Shown here: positions 40,779 through 56,663 of the stretch, one piece after another
How the letters are laid out: each line of letters begins with the position of its first letter
How positions within the stretch are numbered: position 1 is the stretch's first letter
Notes under the pieces: generated by a model
The model's input: only the letters and a program-made list of their open reading frames with translations
Databases searched by the model: none
Told to the model about the DNA's origin: nothing
Translations under genes and position numbers: made by a program
Assembly: GCF_009914755.1 (NCBI RefSeq)
Contig: NC_060945.1
Length of the DNA stretch: 64,000 bases
Origin: the human T2T-CHM13v2.0 reference genome, Homo sapiens
Reading direction: 5' to 3' (one strand)

Positions 40779-41577
40779 TTATAGCAGAGGGAACAAAGGC
40801 TGGAACCACGCATTGCCTGTAAGAATTCCCCAGGGGCGAGGGTTGAGGGCTGCAGAAGGCCACCCTGCAGACCTCTTACATGAAGTGAATGGACACCACA
40901 ACCATACACACACATACCCCATTCTGACAGCAAAGACCAACACAAAAGGCCCTCCTCCACCTCTCCTTTCCACTCAGGCTTGGGATGCACTGAGTAGTGC
41001 TCAGAGGATGCACAGGCATTAGGGCAAGAACAAGAGGGAGTGATTGTAACAGAAAGATCAAACTTTCCCTCTTCTCTACCATGTTCCTTGAAGCTGAGCT
41101 GAAGACCATTATGGGGGATAGTGATTCTTGAATGTGACTGAATATTTACTCTACATGAGACTTGAGAGTGTAATTACCAGATTATAATGCAAATCACTAG
41201 TCAGAACTGAATTTATCAGCAGAGGCTGAGATTTCTTAATGGTGTTTTATACTTTTGCCTCTTTGCATACCTCCTTCCCATTCAGAAGTCCCTGGAAAAT
41301 GTTAGGAACTTGAAAAATTATGACAGCAGCTTAAAAATAATTATTCCATGTTTGGACATTACTAAGATGCTCAGATTGCTCCTGCTAACTTTATGTATGT
41401 AAATACTTTTTTGAAATAAAGCATTTGACCCACTTTCCACTGGAAAAATCCTGAGAGTTAAACCTAATAGTTGCACCAGAGGTGGTTCTTTGGCAAAAAG
41501 TAGGTTATGTATGGGGTGTTTTGGCTCAATAGAAATACCTATTTTATCCTGGCAATAGAGCTGTGTGATCATTTATA

Positions 41578-41725
41578 AATGTCTGTCCTTGTCACTAGTC
41601 TGTAAGATCCCTGAGGACAGGGACCAAGTCTGCTTTGCCCATTACTGATTGCATCTCTAGCACTAAACTTGGTGCCTCTCACAGGAAAGGTATTCAGGTA
41701 AGGTTTGTTAAATGAATAATTAAAT
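41578..41725 (+). mobile_element. L2 3' end fragment
   Basis: ctagtctgtaagatccctgaggacagggacc ... tttgttaaatgaat. Confidence 0.7.
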
Positions 41726-41941
41726 TAAGTTGATGAGTCAAAGAAGCCCAGAACTCTAGCAGTAGAAGAGACTTTTGAGATCATTTAGTTCAACCTTGAT
41801 CTTCTATGTTGTGATTCTGAGATCCACAGACATTAAAGAACCCACTCACCATAAAGAAGTATGTCAATGGCAGAGCAAGAAGCAAAACTCAGGTCTCTTG
41901 TCTCTGAATTCAGGGATTTCCAAAACATACTGTGTTTTCTT

Positions 41942-42275
41942 TTATTTATTTATTTTTATTTATTATACTTTAAGTTTTAGGGTACATGTGCACAACGTGC
42001 AGGTTAGCTACATATGTATACATGTGCCATGTTGGTGTGCTGCACCCAGTAACTCGTCATTTAACATTAGGTATATCTCCTAATGCTATCCCTCCCCGCT
42101 CCCCCCACCCCACAACAGGCCCTGGTGTGTGATGTTCCCCTTCCTGTGTCCATGTGTTCTCATGGTTCAATTTCCACCTATGAGTGAGAACATGCAGTGT
42201 TTGGTTTTTTGTCCTTGCGATAGTTTGCTGAGAATGATGGTTTCCAGTTTCATCCACGTCCCTACAAAGGACATG
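41942..42275 (-). mobile_element. L1PA4-like short 3' fragment
   Basis: Antisense 3'UTR with T-rich tail; 13-bp TSD actgtgttttctt at 41929-41941 / 42276-42288. Confidence 0.96.
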
Positions 42276-42574
42276 ACTGTGTTTTCTTCTCTACGCCACG
42301 GTACAGCAGAAGAGCTAAGCACTAACCAGAATCTGGCTCTGTCTCCAAGGCAGTATCAATATTTCCTTGCTTTTCCCCTCTCCCCTTAAAGTCATATCAC
42401 TTAGCTAAATTAAAAGAGGAAGCTCATAAGTAGAATAGAATGTTCACAAAAACTAAACCCATCTAGAAGGAAAGAATGAGGGTGGAAAGGGGGCTCTCGT
42501 CTGACCCGATTAAGAAATAAGTATAGGGTACACTAAAGAATCAAAACATATCACCTCAGTGAACAAACCTTTGA

Positions 42575-44200
<1,626 letters not shown>

Positions 44201-45344
44201 CGTAGTTGGAATTGTGTAATTATTATTTCTGTGGACCAAGTAAATCTTATTCAGGAAGATAGTTAGAGCTACATTGCTATTCTGGAAATAAGTATAAATT
44301 GTGCTAGTCAAAGCGCATAGTTTTATGCTCCAATAAAATCTTTGCCAGCTGTCAAATACCAGTCACTTTAAAACATAATAAAGACCTATTTCACAGTGAG
44401 AAGTATTCCTTTTCCCCCCAGACTCCATGCAAATTATGGATAAAGAATGTAGCAATTTAATAAATCACTGTACTTTTGAACTTAGCCATAAGAAGAAACT
44501 ACCAGAAGTGTGATTTAGAAGAAAAACTATAAAAAATATTCTACTTATTGTTGAACTGAATCAAGGCTTTTATGGAAATAAATGTGATGGTAGTTTATCA
44601 AAAAGAGGGTACTTGAAACAGAATAGAAATAAAACAGAATAAAGTAGTGTTATTTCACTTCTAAACATTGTCACTTGAATAGACCATTGTCTATGGATTT
44701 TTAATTGTAAGTTGCAATTTGAGTTCAATCAAAATTAATACCTATCACAAGAATGATTTCATTTTTGTCTCCTCTGTATAATTACCAAATTGATATAATA
44801 TCTTGCATAGAGCATTATCACGAAGGTCAGACCATCTTCTTTCAAAACACTTTGTTTTCCTTGGAATCTCTCTATATCAACCACCTCAGAGAATCTCTGG
44901 TAATGTCATTACAGAGAAATAGAAAATAAAGTCTGCCATGTTATTAACATGCCATTATTTTGCAAAAGAGAAAAGTTTAATAGAAATTTAAATAAAAGAA
45001 ATAGGTGGGGATGGGAAGAAAAACCATATCAAAATGTGAAAATCAAGTAAGACAACTTGTTCAAATTCCAACAGTCCACAACATACCACATTATACCTGT
45101 CTTATAAATTTTCCCCTAAGCGTGGAATAGAAAATTAAATTACCACATTTCTGTGATTTAAGATCTTTGGATTTGATTTGAATAGCTGTATTTCTGAAGT
45201 TGCTTCATTACATTTTTTCCTATGGAGGTAAAGTTTTTATTTTCAGAATTATTCACACCATATTTTTAGTCCCCTAAGATCTTAAAATGCAAACAGTGGT
45301 TGCTGACTTTATTAAAACATAAGAAAAGTTAGGTAATATTTATG

Positions 45345-45895
45345 ATACTGTTGATCACCTACCCAACAATATTTCTTCCCTCTTTCCTTTCAGAGTGTTG
45401 ATTTTATTTAGGCATTCACTCTCCCCTCTTCACTGGGGAAATCCCGATTAGCCTAAGCCATTCTTGGGCATGTCATTGCCCAGGAAACCAACACCAGGAT
45501 GAACCTATGACCTAAGTTGACCCAATCAGATTGGAAAGAAGGGCTTATAGTTTCTTCCTTTTCTTTCTTTTTTCCTTTCTTTCTCTCTTTTCTTCCTCCC
45601 TTCCTTCCTTCCTTCCTCCCTCCCTCCCTTCCTTCTTTTCTGTCTTTCTTTCCTGCTGGACATGAACAAGGAAGCATGAAGTCCCAGCTGTCACAGACAG
45701 TCATCTTGCTCCCATGAGGGGAACCCACTTTAGAATTAAAAATGGCAAAGCAGAAATATAGAAATAAACTAAATTCTTGAGGACTCCATTAAGCTATTGT
45801 TCATTCCACCTGAAACCCACTTTACCCTTTAGACTACCAGAAATAAAAGAAAATAAATAACATTATTTATTTTCATTTGAGTTGAGGTTTAGCCT
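45345..45895 (+). mobile_element. MLT1-type LTR containing a CT-rich repeat
   Basis: gccaggatgaacctatgacc-like segment, gtcatcttgct.ccatgaggg. Confidence 0.6.
45551..45654. repeat. (CCTT)n/(CTTT)n polypyrimidine microsatellite
   Basis: Direct reading. Confidence 0.92.
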
Positions 45896-45920
45896 TCTTA
45901 AGACATAAACCAGATTATCC

Positions 45921-46421
45921 TGAGATAAAAGACCACAGCATTTATTTCCCAGTCTTGAAGGGATGAAGTGAAAAAATCAGCAGAAACCAGCAGATGGCCA
46001 AGAAAGTGATCCCTAGATACCCTCATTGCTCATTAGCCTAAGATACTCCCACGAGTGCCATGACAGTTTACAAATGCCAGGCAATTACCTGGGAGTTACT
46101 GACCCTTTCTGTGGCATTGACCCAAAAGTTACTGTTCCTTTCCTAGAAAGTTCTGAATCACCCACCCCTCAATTTGCATTAACCCTCCCCTTAATTTGCA
46201 TGTAATTGAAAGTGGGTGTGATTATAAAGAGAGATGCCAAGAGTCCATACATTGCCAACTCTCGGCACACTTCATGTGAGTTAGCCCTGCTCCACAAGGA
46301 GCAGTACTGGTCACTAAAGGATGTCTAACACCACTGGCTCATCCTTAAAAATATTTCCTGGGTGAAGGCTAAAACCCTCCAAGGCTAAATCCCAATTCTG
46401 GGACTTGCCTGTCCTGCATCA
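45921..46421 (+). mobile_element. ERV1 solo LTR, MER41-family-like
   Basis: actccca...gccatgacagtttacaaatgcca core and ggctaa..cccaatt..ggg..cttgcctgtcctgcatca end; 5' boundary uncertain. Confidence 0.75.
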
Positions 46422-46429
46422 ATATTGCT

Positions 46430-46855
46430 TGTTTAACATTCTCCAATGTCTTCCACCATACTCAGAAGAAAACCCAAACTGCTTACTCTGGATAACAAAG
46501 CCCTGCAAGATCTCTCCCTTCAAACTCCTTGAACCCATGACCACCCACTCTCTCCTTCATGCACTAGACTCCAACTAAACTGGTCCAGCTCCTTGTTCCC
46601 AATTTAAGGATCCTTGTCCTAGCTATTCAACCCAACTGGAAGGCTCATCCTTCTAATACTTTTATGACTAATGTCTTCTTTTCATTCCGATCTTTTTTTA
46701 AAAGGAAACAACCTCACAGGGACCTCCCTCAAGCACCCATATTAAAATCGCTTCTCAGTCAATTGCGTATCACTTCTGCACAACATTTCTTAACATCCGA
46801 CAAGTTTCTTGTTTGTTTACAGTCTCAGCTGCCCACAAGAATAAATAAATGAAAG
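46430..46855 (+). mobile_element. L2 fragment
   Basis: aaaacccaaactgcttact...caaagccctgcaagatct; ends in aataaataaatgaa. Confidence 0.55.
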
Positions 46856-48689
46856 CATTGCTGCTTCCACAGAAATCTTGGACCCCTGATACAAGCACTG
46901 ATTTGTGTTTAGTTCATTGGACTATAAAGAGTTTTGAAATCTCAATTGTCACCTGGACTAGGTCTAATGCATGCACTAGCAACAAAACCAGATATTATTG
47001 AGAAATTATGTAAGCCTAAATGATCATGAAAAATGTATCTGGCTCTATGATTAGCAAAAGAAAAAACTGTAAACTATCTTTTTATCCCTTGAAGTCATTA
47101 GCTTTAAGTCAAAAAGACTAATGAAATAAAACAACTTCAAACGCTAACCTATATGCAAACTGTGTTTACCAACTGGAATTATTGTTGACCAATGGTATTT
47201 GAAAGTCACTAACAAAAATGATGTGACAATTGTCAAATGAGCAGAAAGTACAGCAACCATGAAGAGGAAGATCTGATAAAACTCTGAGAAAACATGTGGA
47301 TTTGAGTCACAGAACATTGCACTGGTCTCACTGTCTTCTTGAAGGCCGATCAGAACAGGTTCGTACAATGAAAGAGCATTTAGTAAGTTATGGATCGTGG
47401 GCCATATCCTTATAGGCCATTAATTTGTTAATTTCAAAAACAGCACAGTGTTTTGTGCAACTAAGTATACTGTCTGCCTGCACAGAGTCTAAAAAATGTT
47501 GAAGTCTACTAACAGCTTTCATGGTTATCTCCAGCATTTTCTTTCTTTCTCTGCTTAGTTACTCACTTTGGAAGGGAAGGATACTGAAGGATAACCTCTG
47601 ACAAGTAGTATCTTTTTTTGGTGGTAGAAAGGCACAAAAGTTAGAGATCCATAAAGCTATTTTTTCACCAGCACTCTAAGTCAAGGAAAGCATAAGAATT
47701 GTTTCTGAGCAGATGTTCTCTCCCGTGGAACTTGCCAGGACAGAGTTTCTACTGTCTCGAAAAAAATAAAACACACATTTTAATGTATTTCTCTTAACGT
47801 CTCATTTTCAGTGCTGTCCAAACAAAAACCTGGCTACAGGTTCAGACTTACTGAAACAAGTCAATGAAATCTGCTTGGAATTCATAGTTTTAGCATAAAG
47901 CACCCAATTTTAGAAAAGTGGTTCTGCACATTAGGTTAATACATTAAGTTAGTTGTTTTCTGCAATAGGGTTATTGTAGATACCTAAAAACAGAGGTTTG
48001 GCAGCCTAGAATTCCTTATGCCAAGGATACAAAATGCTGGATATAAAATCCAATTTCCACCTGCTTACTTGAATATCTATTTTGACCAGGTATGTAAAAG
48101 ACATGTACTTGCTGAAAATGTTGTCTTTTACGCTCACCACTCACTTCATGCTGCTTAAATATCCATCTTTAATGAACTCACCTGGAAACTAATTCACTTT
48201 GAAAGCAAATATTTACCAAAAAAATCTGAGGCCAATAGATGGGTATTATAGAAAAAATTACATGTGTTCTCAAAGCACATTTTGAGCCTAATATACCTTT
48301 AAAATACCCCTCTTTTTCTATTAAAATATTATGACAAAATGTTCTACTGTTGGAAAATACCCAAGTCCCCTCCTCTATTTGTCTATTCTATTTTTCACTA
48401 ATTTCAATGAATACAATAAGTTTTTTATTTTGAATTTGTTTTGAACAAACTAGTATAGGGCAAAAAATGAACAAATGAAAACTATGTGGTTAGCTGCCTG
48501 AGGTAATTGCTTGTAAATGTGATAGTGTCTAACTGCATAAAAATTTGCTATAAATAAGAAAAAAATAAATCTGACTCTAAGTAGTTTTAAAAATCCATTT
48601 GAATTCATCAAGGAGAATAGGAAATACATTTTCTTTTCCAAATCCATCTCAATTGAATTAAAAACTCTTTGAGGGCAGGAAGCAGCTCA

Positions 48690-48900
48690 GACTGGTGGGT
48701 AAAACCTTGGAAATTTGAAATAAGACAACTCAGGATAGTAGCCCAGGTATTTAAACCACTGTGTGACCTCTGCCAGGTTTCTTATTCTCTCTAGGCTTGA
48801 ATTTCCCAACTGTAAGATAAGGATAATAATATCTACTTCATAGGATTGTGGTGTGAATTAAAGATCTGAGCATCTGACTCATGGTACGCTCCAAGTCAGT
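48690..48900 (+). mobile_element. MIR SINE
   Basis: ctgtgtgacct...ctgtaagataaggataataatatctacttcataggattgt. Confidence 0.75.
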
Positions 48901-49329
48901 ACTAGCTCTCTGATATTTCCCAAAACACACAGCTCAGGTATTTACATACTGGATACTCAATGACTGTTTCCTAAATGAAATAAAATTAAATGTTATTTCC
49001 ACTCTATAAAATATCTGCATTTATATAAGAAATAATTACAATTAATAGGACTTTTGGCAACTTTTGATTCTTATAACTTGAGATTGCTTCTACTTTCTCA
49101 TTTGTACATATCCTATCTTACTCCTAGCCCCAAACCAAAATGTAAAATTTGTGCACGATTAGAATCTATTTAAATGTATGAAAAGTCATACTTTAAATAT
49201 CCAACTGAGTTTTGTCAGGAAAATAAAGTCAAAATCAACATTATGAGAAAAATGAATTAAATATACAAATTCAGGCTACACAAATAGAGGATGCAGCAAT
49301 GAAGGTTTAGAAGATGATGGCCGAGGTAT

Positions 49330-49880
49330 CTCTTAACTAGGGGGGGAAGCCATTTATCTCTAGAAAGTTCAAGAAACTGACACAACCCAAGAAGTGGACC
49401 TTGTGGAAAATTCTAGAAACCACATCCTTTGCCACAACCTATAGAAAACACGGTCTGGGGAAGTCCAAGAAAGTACCAGAACCACTAACGGCTTGTGGAG
49501 AGGTCTAAAAACCAGCTGCACCTAACAATCAGGACAGTCCCAGGATAACAGCTTCCACTTCATTTGCAACTTCCAAATCCCACTCAAATCCCTCTTGTGG
49601 GTGAATTCTAACCCAGCACCACTTAGGAATAAGAACATAGGGAAATACAGTCCTCAGCCTTAGACAGGGCTCTTGGTGGTGGTGCCACATTGAAAACAAC
49701 CAACCTAGCACAGTCCATGCAATACCCTTGTTAACTCATTGACTCAACATCCATCCTACTACTAAAACCATCTTTAATTTCCAAATAAAGACAATGACAA
49801 CATCAGGCCTCCACCTAAACTAATGCAACCTATCATTTACACGACCAAAGACATACTAATCATCTGCCTCACAAAGGAGG
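49330..49880 (-). mobile_element. Possible ancient ERVL LTR plus adjacent internal sequence
   Basis: agcacagtcca...cccttgttaact resembles the antisense ERVL polypurine-tract/LTR junction. Confidence 0.35.
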
Positions 49881-49944
49881 CAAAGAGTCCACATGCCACT
49901 GTTAATTCTTTCTAAATACAAAGCAAGATAAGCCCATCAACCAA

Positions 49945-50170
49945 AGGCAATATAGTACAAGGACTTAAGTGTCAGAAAGACCAAGGGTCAAATCTTAGCT
50001 CTTTTACTTGACCATTGTGTAACTTTGATAAATTACATAACTCTCTGATCCTTCATTTCTTCAAGAGAAAAATGAAAAACACCTACCTTCTAAGACTACT
50101 GTAAACATTTACAATAATATTTGTGACAATTCTGTTTCATAGTAAGTGCTCAACAAGTAATTAGCCTTTA
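49945..50170 (+). mobile_element. MIR SINE
   Basis: ggtcaaatcttagct...tgtgtaacttt..taaattacataactctctg. Confidence 0.7.
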
Positions 50171-52924
50171 TCAATATCTATTTTAAGTGGCATGGATAGA
50201 GTAACATTTCTTGCTGATCATTTTTTGTCATGCAGCATATTACATTCATGTTTTCTCAACATTATATTAAACGGTTTTCATACACAACTATGTATGTTTT
50301 TCTATTGTAAAAACTTCCTAAAACAAACATCAGCTGAAATTTCCTAATTTAAATGACCAATTTCTTGATCCTGCTTAGGTTAAACAGATCTGCATAAAGA
50401 TACAGAAAAGTGATTGAACAGTCAAGAGGTAGCAGCAAACCCTAAGAAAAAGGAAGGTCAAAGAACTGAATTATATACAAGTTACCTGATCAGCTCCTAA
50501 ATAATAGAAAATTTACTGTTTATCCAAAAGGACAGCAGTCCTATTTACCTAAATTATGCCAAGAGTGACTTCAGAGAGGAATTAGCTTTCACTTCTACAA
50601 AGATCTAACCCATGAGTTTGTAACTTTAATATTCTGACTTCATGTCAAAGGAGAAAAATCTCAACTCAATTATCCTACCAGAAAACACAAATTGGTTGAC
50701 ATTGGCAGACTACAACAACACCATGAAAATTGTAACTGCAGAGAAAAGACAAAACAAAAAAACCTCTGGAAGTCAGAACACTTGAGATTCATATCCTCAT
50801 AACTTGGAAGGTTATTCTTTTGTTTGGACAAAGAATACTGGAGTTTTTTAAATGTTTGTACTTCAACTCATCCATACTTATGATATAATCCCCAAAAAGC
50901 AGCCAGCAACCCAAACCTTTAAGGCTGCCAACCAGGAAAAATAACTTAGCACAACAATGATCTTTTCTAACCATAAATAATGGTATCTTGGGCCAAGCTT
51001 CCTAGATAGACTTGGATTGAAACAGCTCTTTACCCTAGGGCTATTAACTGTATAACATGGATATTGAGAGGAAAAAGGCAAAAAGAAAAAATGCAAAGGA
51101 ATAAAATTAATTCTTAAAATACCTCAAATTTTGAATAAATGGGGACATGGACTTCTTGAATGGTAGTTCTGTGAATTAAGACAAGCCATTTCTTGGTATG
51201 TGTGCAAAAATCCTAGAAGTTGTGGGATGCTTAAAATTATGTTTATGACTCCAAAACTCAAGTGTGCATGTCAAATATAGGTTGTAGGGACAGATCTCAA
51301 CTAATCTCTGTATGGTATTTGGCTCTAACACCAAAATAATAGGACCTAAAAGAGAAACAACATTAAAGTCCTACCATCCAAAACCCAAACAATTTTGTAA
51401 CTAGGATACTAATAAAAGAATAACTGGAGCCTCTAGAGTTCCAGTAGCTCAGTTTGGTTAGAGGCTACTTCAAAGGATATTAAAAATGCCCGAAACCAAT
51501 AGAGTGGGAAAGTTGGCTTGAGGGCCCTAAGAAAATGCATAGAACAGAATTCTGATTCAGTGGGGCTCCTGATGAGGTAGCAGAGGAATAAATACAACCC
51601 ACTTCAAGTTAAGATGAAGCCTAGGTGCCCATTTTAAATTGCCCTAAAATAGAGCTGAAAGGTCTTCTGCCTGTGCAATTGCCATGTTGAAGACCTTTGT
51701 TCTGCCTGCAGGAGGTTGTAATCTGGTCCTGCTATTCTGACTCCTTTTGACTAAAAACAAATGACATGTAAACAAATACAGCTTCCATGTTACACTGGCA
51801 TGATTTTAATGTCATATTTACCAATCTCATATGAGCTATTTGCCTAAGATTCAATTAGACTTTAAGAAATCGTATTATATCGTTGACTTGTCCCAAGCTC
51901 ATGACTGACAAAAAACCTCTTGTCCTTTTCATGTAAATTAATGTTAAGGCACATCTTGTCTGCTGCATATGCTGAATCTTTAGATTCATTGTAGCACTTT
52001 ACGTTAATTGCTATTACATTTCATCTTGTTAAACCTGGTCACTTATTTTACCTGCGTCTGATCTCGATTCTGCCCTCCAATATATTAGCTAAAGTTCCAA
52101 AGTCCATGTTAACTATTTGTTTCCTATGGCCACCAACAGTGTTGAGTAGGTATAATCTCAAACATTTGCTGCATGTAACCAGCTACTTCCTGACTGTCAA
52201 AAATATTGATTGCTTTTCTTAGATACAAACTATCAGTCAAAACTTTACAAATTCTCCTGAATACATTATCATCCTGACATTTTTCTTTTTGTCCACAAAG
52301 ATATTCTCTCCATATCTGTCTGATAAACTAGTTTCTGATATACATTTTCCTAATCAATCAGCCTAGAAGCTTTATTCAATAAAGAAATTTGGAAAATTTG
52401 AAAAGCCTTGTTCTACATGATTTAATAATAACCCACTGCAAGCGCTTCAGCTTTCTCAAAGAGTTCAAAAGATACCTTCTAATTAACCTGTTAGAGCATT
52501 TTGTTCCAAATGGACAATCAAGTTCCTCAATCTGTATCAAAATATTTTTATCAGTTCAGAATTTTGATAACCATTTTAGCAGCATTTGCCCATTTCTCAT
52601 TTTTCAGCACCTTTATCTTCATCCCAGGCATTTTAAAAGTGCCAAAAGAAGTGAAGAAGCTCATTGCCACATTTTCTGTTCAAGAGGAAAGGTAGAAACC
52701 AAAGAGAACTATTTGAGTATGAAATTCCCTTCCATATTCATATACCCTGGACTCAACATTGCAATATAATGAAAAATTAAAATGGGTTAGACTTGAAGAT
52801 TTGGGGTATACTTCTAACAAAAGAGAAATAGGTAATGAGACATCTCATGCTTAGCCCAAAGGATACCATTATTTTCCACAATCCACTAACCAAATATCTC
52901 CATATCAGATAAGGTAAGTCCTCT

Positions 52925-54590
52925 AACCTAGTTATTCATCTTCAGTATTGCCTGGGCTATCTTTGGTCTCTTGCCTTTCACACAAATTTTAGAATTATCC
53001 TAACAATATAGTTACACATACATATGTGCAAGCACATAAAAAAGTGCTAGAATTTTTATTGGGATGGCACTGAACCTAAATCAATTTGGGGAGAATTGAA
53101 ATACTGAAGAGATTATAGCTTTCTATTTATTAGATCCTTTTTAAATTTTTCTCAATAATGTGTTGTAGTTTTCTGTATAGAGGTTTTGCACAACTTTTAA
53201 TAGACTTATTCCTGGTATTCAGTATTTTTATATTATTGTTCATGGTATTATTTTTAACTTTTAATCTTTCATTTGTTTTTTTCTAGAGTGTAAAATAAAA
53301 CTGATCAAGCTGAAATACAATGACTTTGCTAAACTCACAAATCAATTCTCATAATTTATCACTTAATTTTTGGATTTTTCTACCTAAAACTTAATATCAT
53401 CTGTGAATAATTATAATTTTGTTAATCTTTATAGTTTTTACTTCTTTTTATTGCCTTCTGGAAATGATAAAAAAACTTCCACTAACATGTTGAACAGTAA
53501 ATTGGGCAAGCTTTACTTGTTCCTAATCTCAAAGGCAAAGTTCTTACTATTTTACTTTTACATAAAATGTTAGCTGGAGGATTTGGGGTAACTCTTCTTT
53601 ATCAGATTGTGAATTTTTTCTATATAAACTATCTATACTAAGAATTTTTAATCATAAATTTTCTCAAATTATTTTATATATTTATAATATTTTTATCTTT
53701 TGTTTTTTAATGTGATGGACTACATTGGTTTATGATCAAATTTTAAACTAATCTCGCATTCCTAGAACATAAAAAAACTTAATTGTGGTGTAATATATTG
53801 TTATATTTGGTTAGTGATTATTTTGTTTAGGAGTTTTGGACCATTGTTAATATGTGAGATTGTCCTGTAATTTTTCTTCCTTTGTCTGGTTTTAAAATCA
53901 AAGTTTGGAGAACATCATAAAATGAGATGGCTGATTGTTCCCCTATTACTATTTTTTGGAAGAATTTGTAAATGATGGCCATTAAGCCTTTTTAAAAAAT
54001 GGGACAGAACTCAATAGTGAAGCTATGTGAGCCTGAAGTTATCTTTGAACGAAGTATTCAAATATGAACCAATTGTTTAATACTTAAAGAACCACTTACA
54101 TACTCTACTTTTTTAAGGCCAGTTTGGTAAATTTTTTTCTAGAAATAGGTCCATTTCTTCTAAATTTCCAAGTTTATTGGACTTGGGTTGTTAAAAATAT
54201 CTTACCTTTCTCATCTCTATCAGTTCTATGGTTATTTACTGACATTATTTGTGCCTTCTCTATTTTTTCCTCATCATTCTTCCCAGGAGCTTACCAACTT
54301 TATTAATCCTTCAAAATAACTAATTACTGGCTTTGTATTTTCTTCTATCTTTGATGTCTAATTAATTTATGGTATCTTTCTGATTTTCTAAAGTTTCTGC
54401 CATCTTCGTATTTCACTTTTTGTTCTTTTTCTAACTTCTTGAGCTGGACACATAAATTTCTAATTGCACCTTCATCTTTTCTGAAATATTTAGTTAAGGC
54501 TCTAAATGTTCCTCTAAGGACTACTTTATTTATAACTACTTTATTTATGCAATATTTCACTATAATTTTATCATATCATTAATTTTTAAA
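52925..54590 (-). mobile_element. Old L1M(E)-type ORF2 fragment
   Basis: T-rich; aatcaatttggggagaattga, atcatctgtgaata, cataaaatgag; the minus-strand ORF KVVLRGTFRAL...QLKKLEKEQ matches L1 ORF2. Confidence 0.82.
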
Positions 54591-54859
54591 TATATGGGAT
54601 TTTAACAGCACTGTGATCAGAGAAACTATATTTTTCAATTTTGTGATTATGCTAATGACTAAAAGTGCTAGGTTTTGCTGTCTCTGTCTTAACATCAGCA
54701 ATGAAAATAACATATATATGTATGCAAATATATATATATATATGTTCTCTTTTCTTGAGGAAGCTCATGCTGAGTCTCTTGTATTTCATTTCCTGGTTCT
54801 AATGAAGTTCTTTTACTCATATTTCCCCTCCACCTTAAGAACTCTTCATTCCTCTAGCC

Positions 54860-55069
54860 CAGCACTCTCTGATGGAACTTTACGTGATGACAGAAACGTT
54901 CTGTATCTCCACTGTCCAATACAGTAGCCAGTAGCCACGTGTGGCTATTGAGTGCTTGAAATGTGACTAGTGTAACTGAGAAACAGTTTTTATATTTTAT
55001 TTATGTTTAATTAACTAAATTTACATCTAAGTAACCAAAGTGAGTAGAAGCTACCACATTGAACAGCAC
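54860..55069. mobile_element. MER3-like hAT MITE
   Basis: ggaactttacgtgatgac.gaaacgttctgtatct..ctgtccaataca gtagcca.tagccacgtgtggctattgag. Confidence 0.85.
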
Positions 55070-55673
55070 AAGTGGAATCATCCCATTCTCTCTCTGTTAG
55101 TTAGGATGTAGTCAGGAAGAAGTTATTTGAACAGAGAGAAAGTACCATAAATAATTGTTAACTAAGTATACATTTTGTTAATTAGAGAAAAAGAGAGACT
55201 CTAAGGCATCACAGAAGTGGCAACTGGGTGAAGCAACTGTCATCTCTAGAGCTGAGGGAAGGAAATAAACAATCTGAAATATTAAACTTAGAAGCTTGGG
55301 GAAGAGGCCCATGAAGCAGGAGCAGATCTCTGAAAGGGAAATGAGGGTGGGCGGGAGAGGGTCACGCTGATACGTGTAAACTGTACACTACAAGCTGTAT
55401 TCAGCTTGTCACATCCTGAAAGAATTGCTGCTGCCAAGCTGAAGGAATGTTGCTGATGCCCCACTGATAGACTTTTGCTCTCACAGGAACCAACTGGAAG
55501 GAGCAGGTTTGTCATCTGCCTCCAGTCATGCAGCCTCCCTCTTTCCCCCTCCGCTGGCTGAGTCTAACAGGAAGCATTTCACAAAGCAAAAAGGTGGCTT
55601 TCAGAGTCCAGGTCCAGGCACCATGAAGCCAATCACAGAAGGGTGTGTTCAAAGTTAAGAACCCAAAACCAAC

Positions 55674-56051
55674 TAATATGGTTTGGCTGTGTCCCCACCC
55701 AAATCTCATCTTGAATTGTAGTTCCTATAATTCTCGTGTGTCGTGGGAGGGACCCAGTGGGAGGTAATTGGATCGTGGAGATGGTTACTCCCATGCTGCT
55801 GTTCTCGTAATAGTGAGTGACTTCTTATGAGATCTGATGATTTTATAAGGGGCTTTTCCCTCTTTTTCTCTGCACTTCTCCTTCTTGCCATCATGTGAAG
55901 AAGGACGTGCTTGCTACCCTTCCACCATGACTGTAAGTTTCCTGAGGCCTCCCCAGCCTTGCAGAACTGTGAGTCAATTAAACTTCTTTCCTTTATAAAT
56001 TACCCAGTCTCAGGTATGTCTTTATTAGCAACATGAGAACAGACTGATACA
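55674..56051 (+). mobile_element. THE1 (THE1C-like) MaLR solo LTR
   Basis: atatggtttggctgtgtccccacccaaatctcatcttgaattg ... gactgataca; TSD ccaac/ccgac. Confidence 0.93.
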
Positions 56052-56399
56052 CCGACATACTCTCTTATCTGTTTCTCCATTCTCCCCTCCTCTTGCTTTC
56101 CCCAAGCCCAATCTTAACTGCTCCCTAAGAGAAAAAGCATACCTCTGAGAACCTTCCAGCACCTCCAGCACTGATCCAGTTTCTTAGATCTTTGTTTCAA
56201 CTTCAGTGGGAGATAAAGGAGAGAAATAATCTCTCAATGGAGAGTGAAAAAACGAGAAGAGAATACACAAAGAATAATCTGATGTAAAGATATAACTCTA
56301 CCATGCTGTTTTCATATTTTGATAAAGACGCTGGAAGAAAGACATAATTTCCTACTAAAAGAGAAATGAGAAAGTGCAATGATAAGTGTAGTGAAGTCA

Positions 56400-56663
56400 C
56401 AGAAACAAGTAGGGACTGTGGAGGACACATGCCTGTCTAAAGAGGGCAGCAGCCATCCAGCCAGCCTGGGACTGCAGTGCGGTAATGTGAGCCCAGTGTT
56501 CCCAGATCTCCTAATTTTTTGAGAGATGCCAGAAATCTGGATTTTTATGTGAAAGCATCCAATTTCATAATGTTGGCTCAGGAAAGTTTTAAACATTGTA
56601 CCAGCCAAATGAAACACTGCGATGGGCCAAATCCAGCCTGTGGGCCATGGTTTGGGACTTCTG
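56400..56663 (-). mobile_element. MER102/MER45-like hAT MITE
   Basis: gccagaaatctggatttttatgtgaaa ... gggccaaatccagcctgtgggccatggtttg. Confidence 0.6.
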
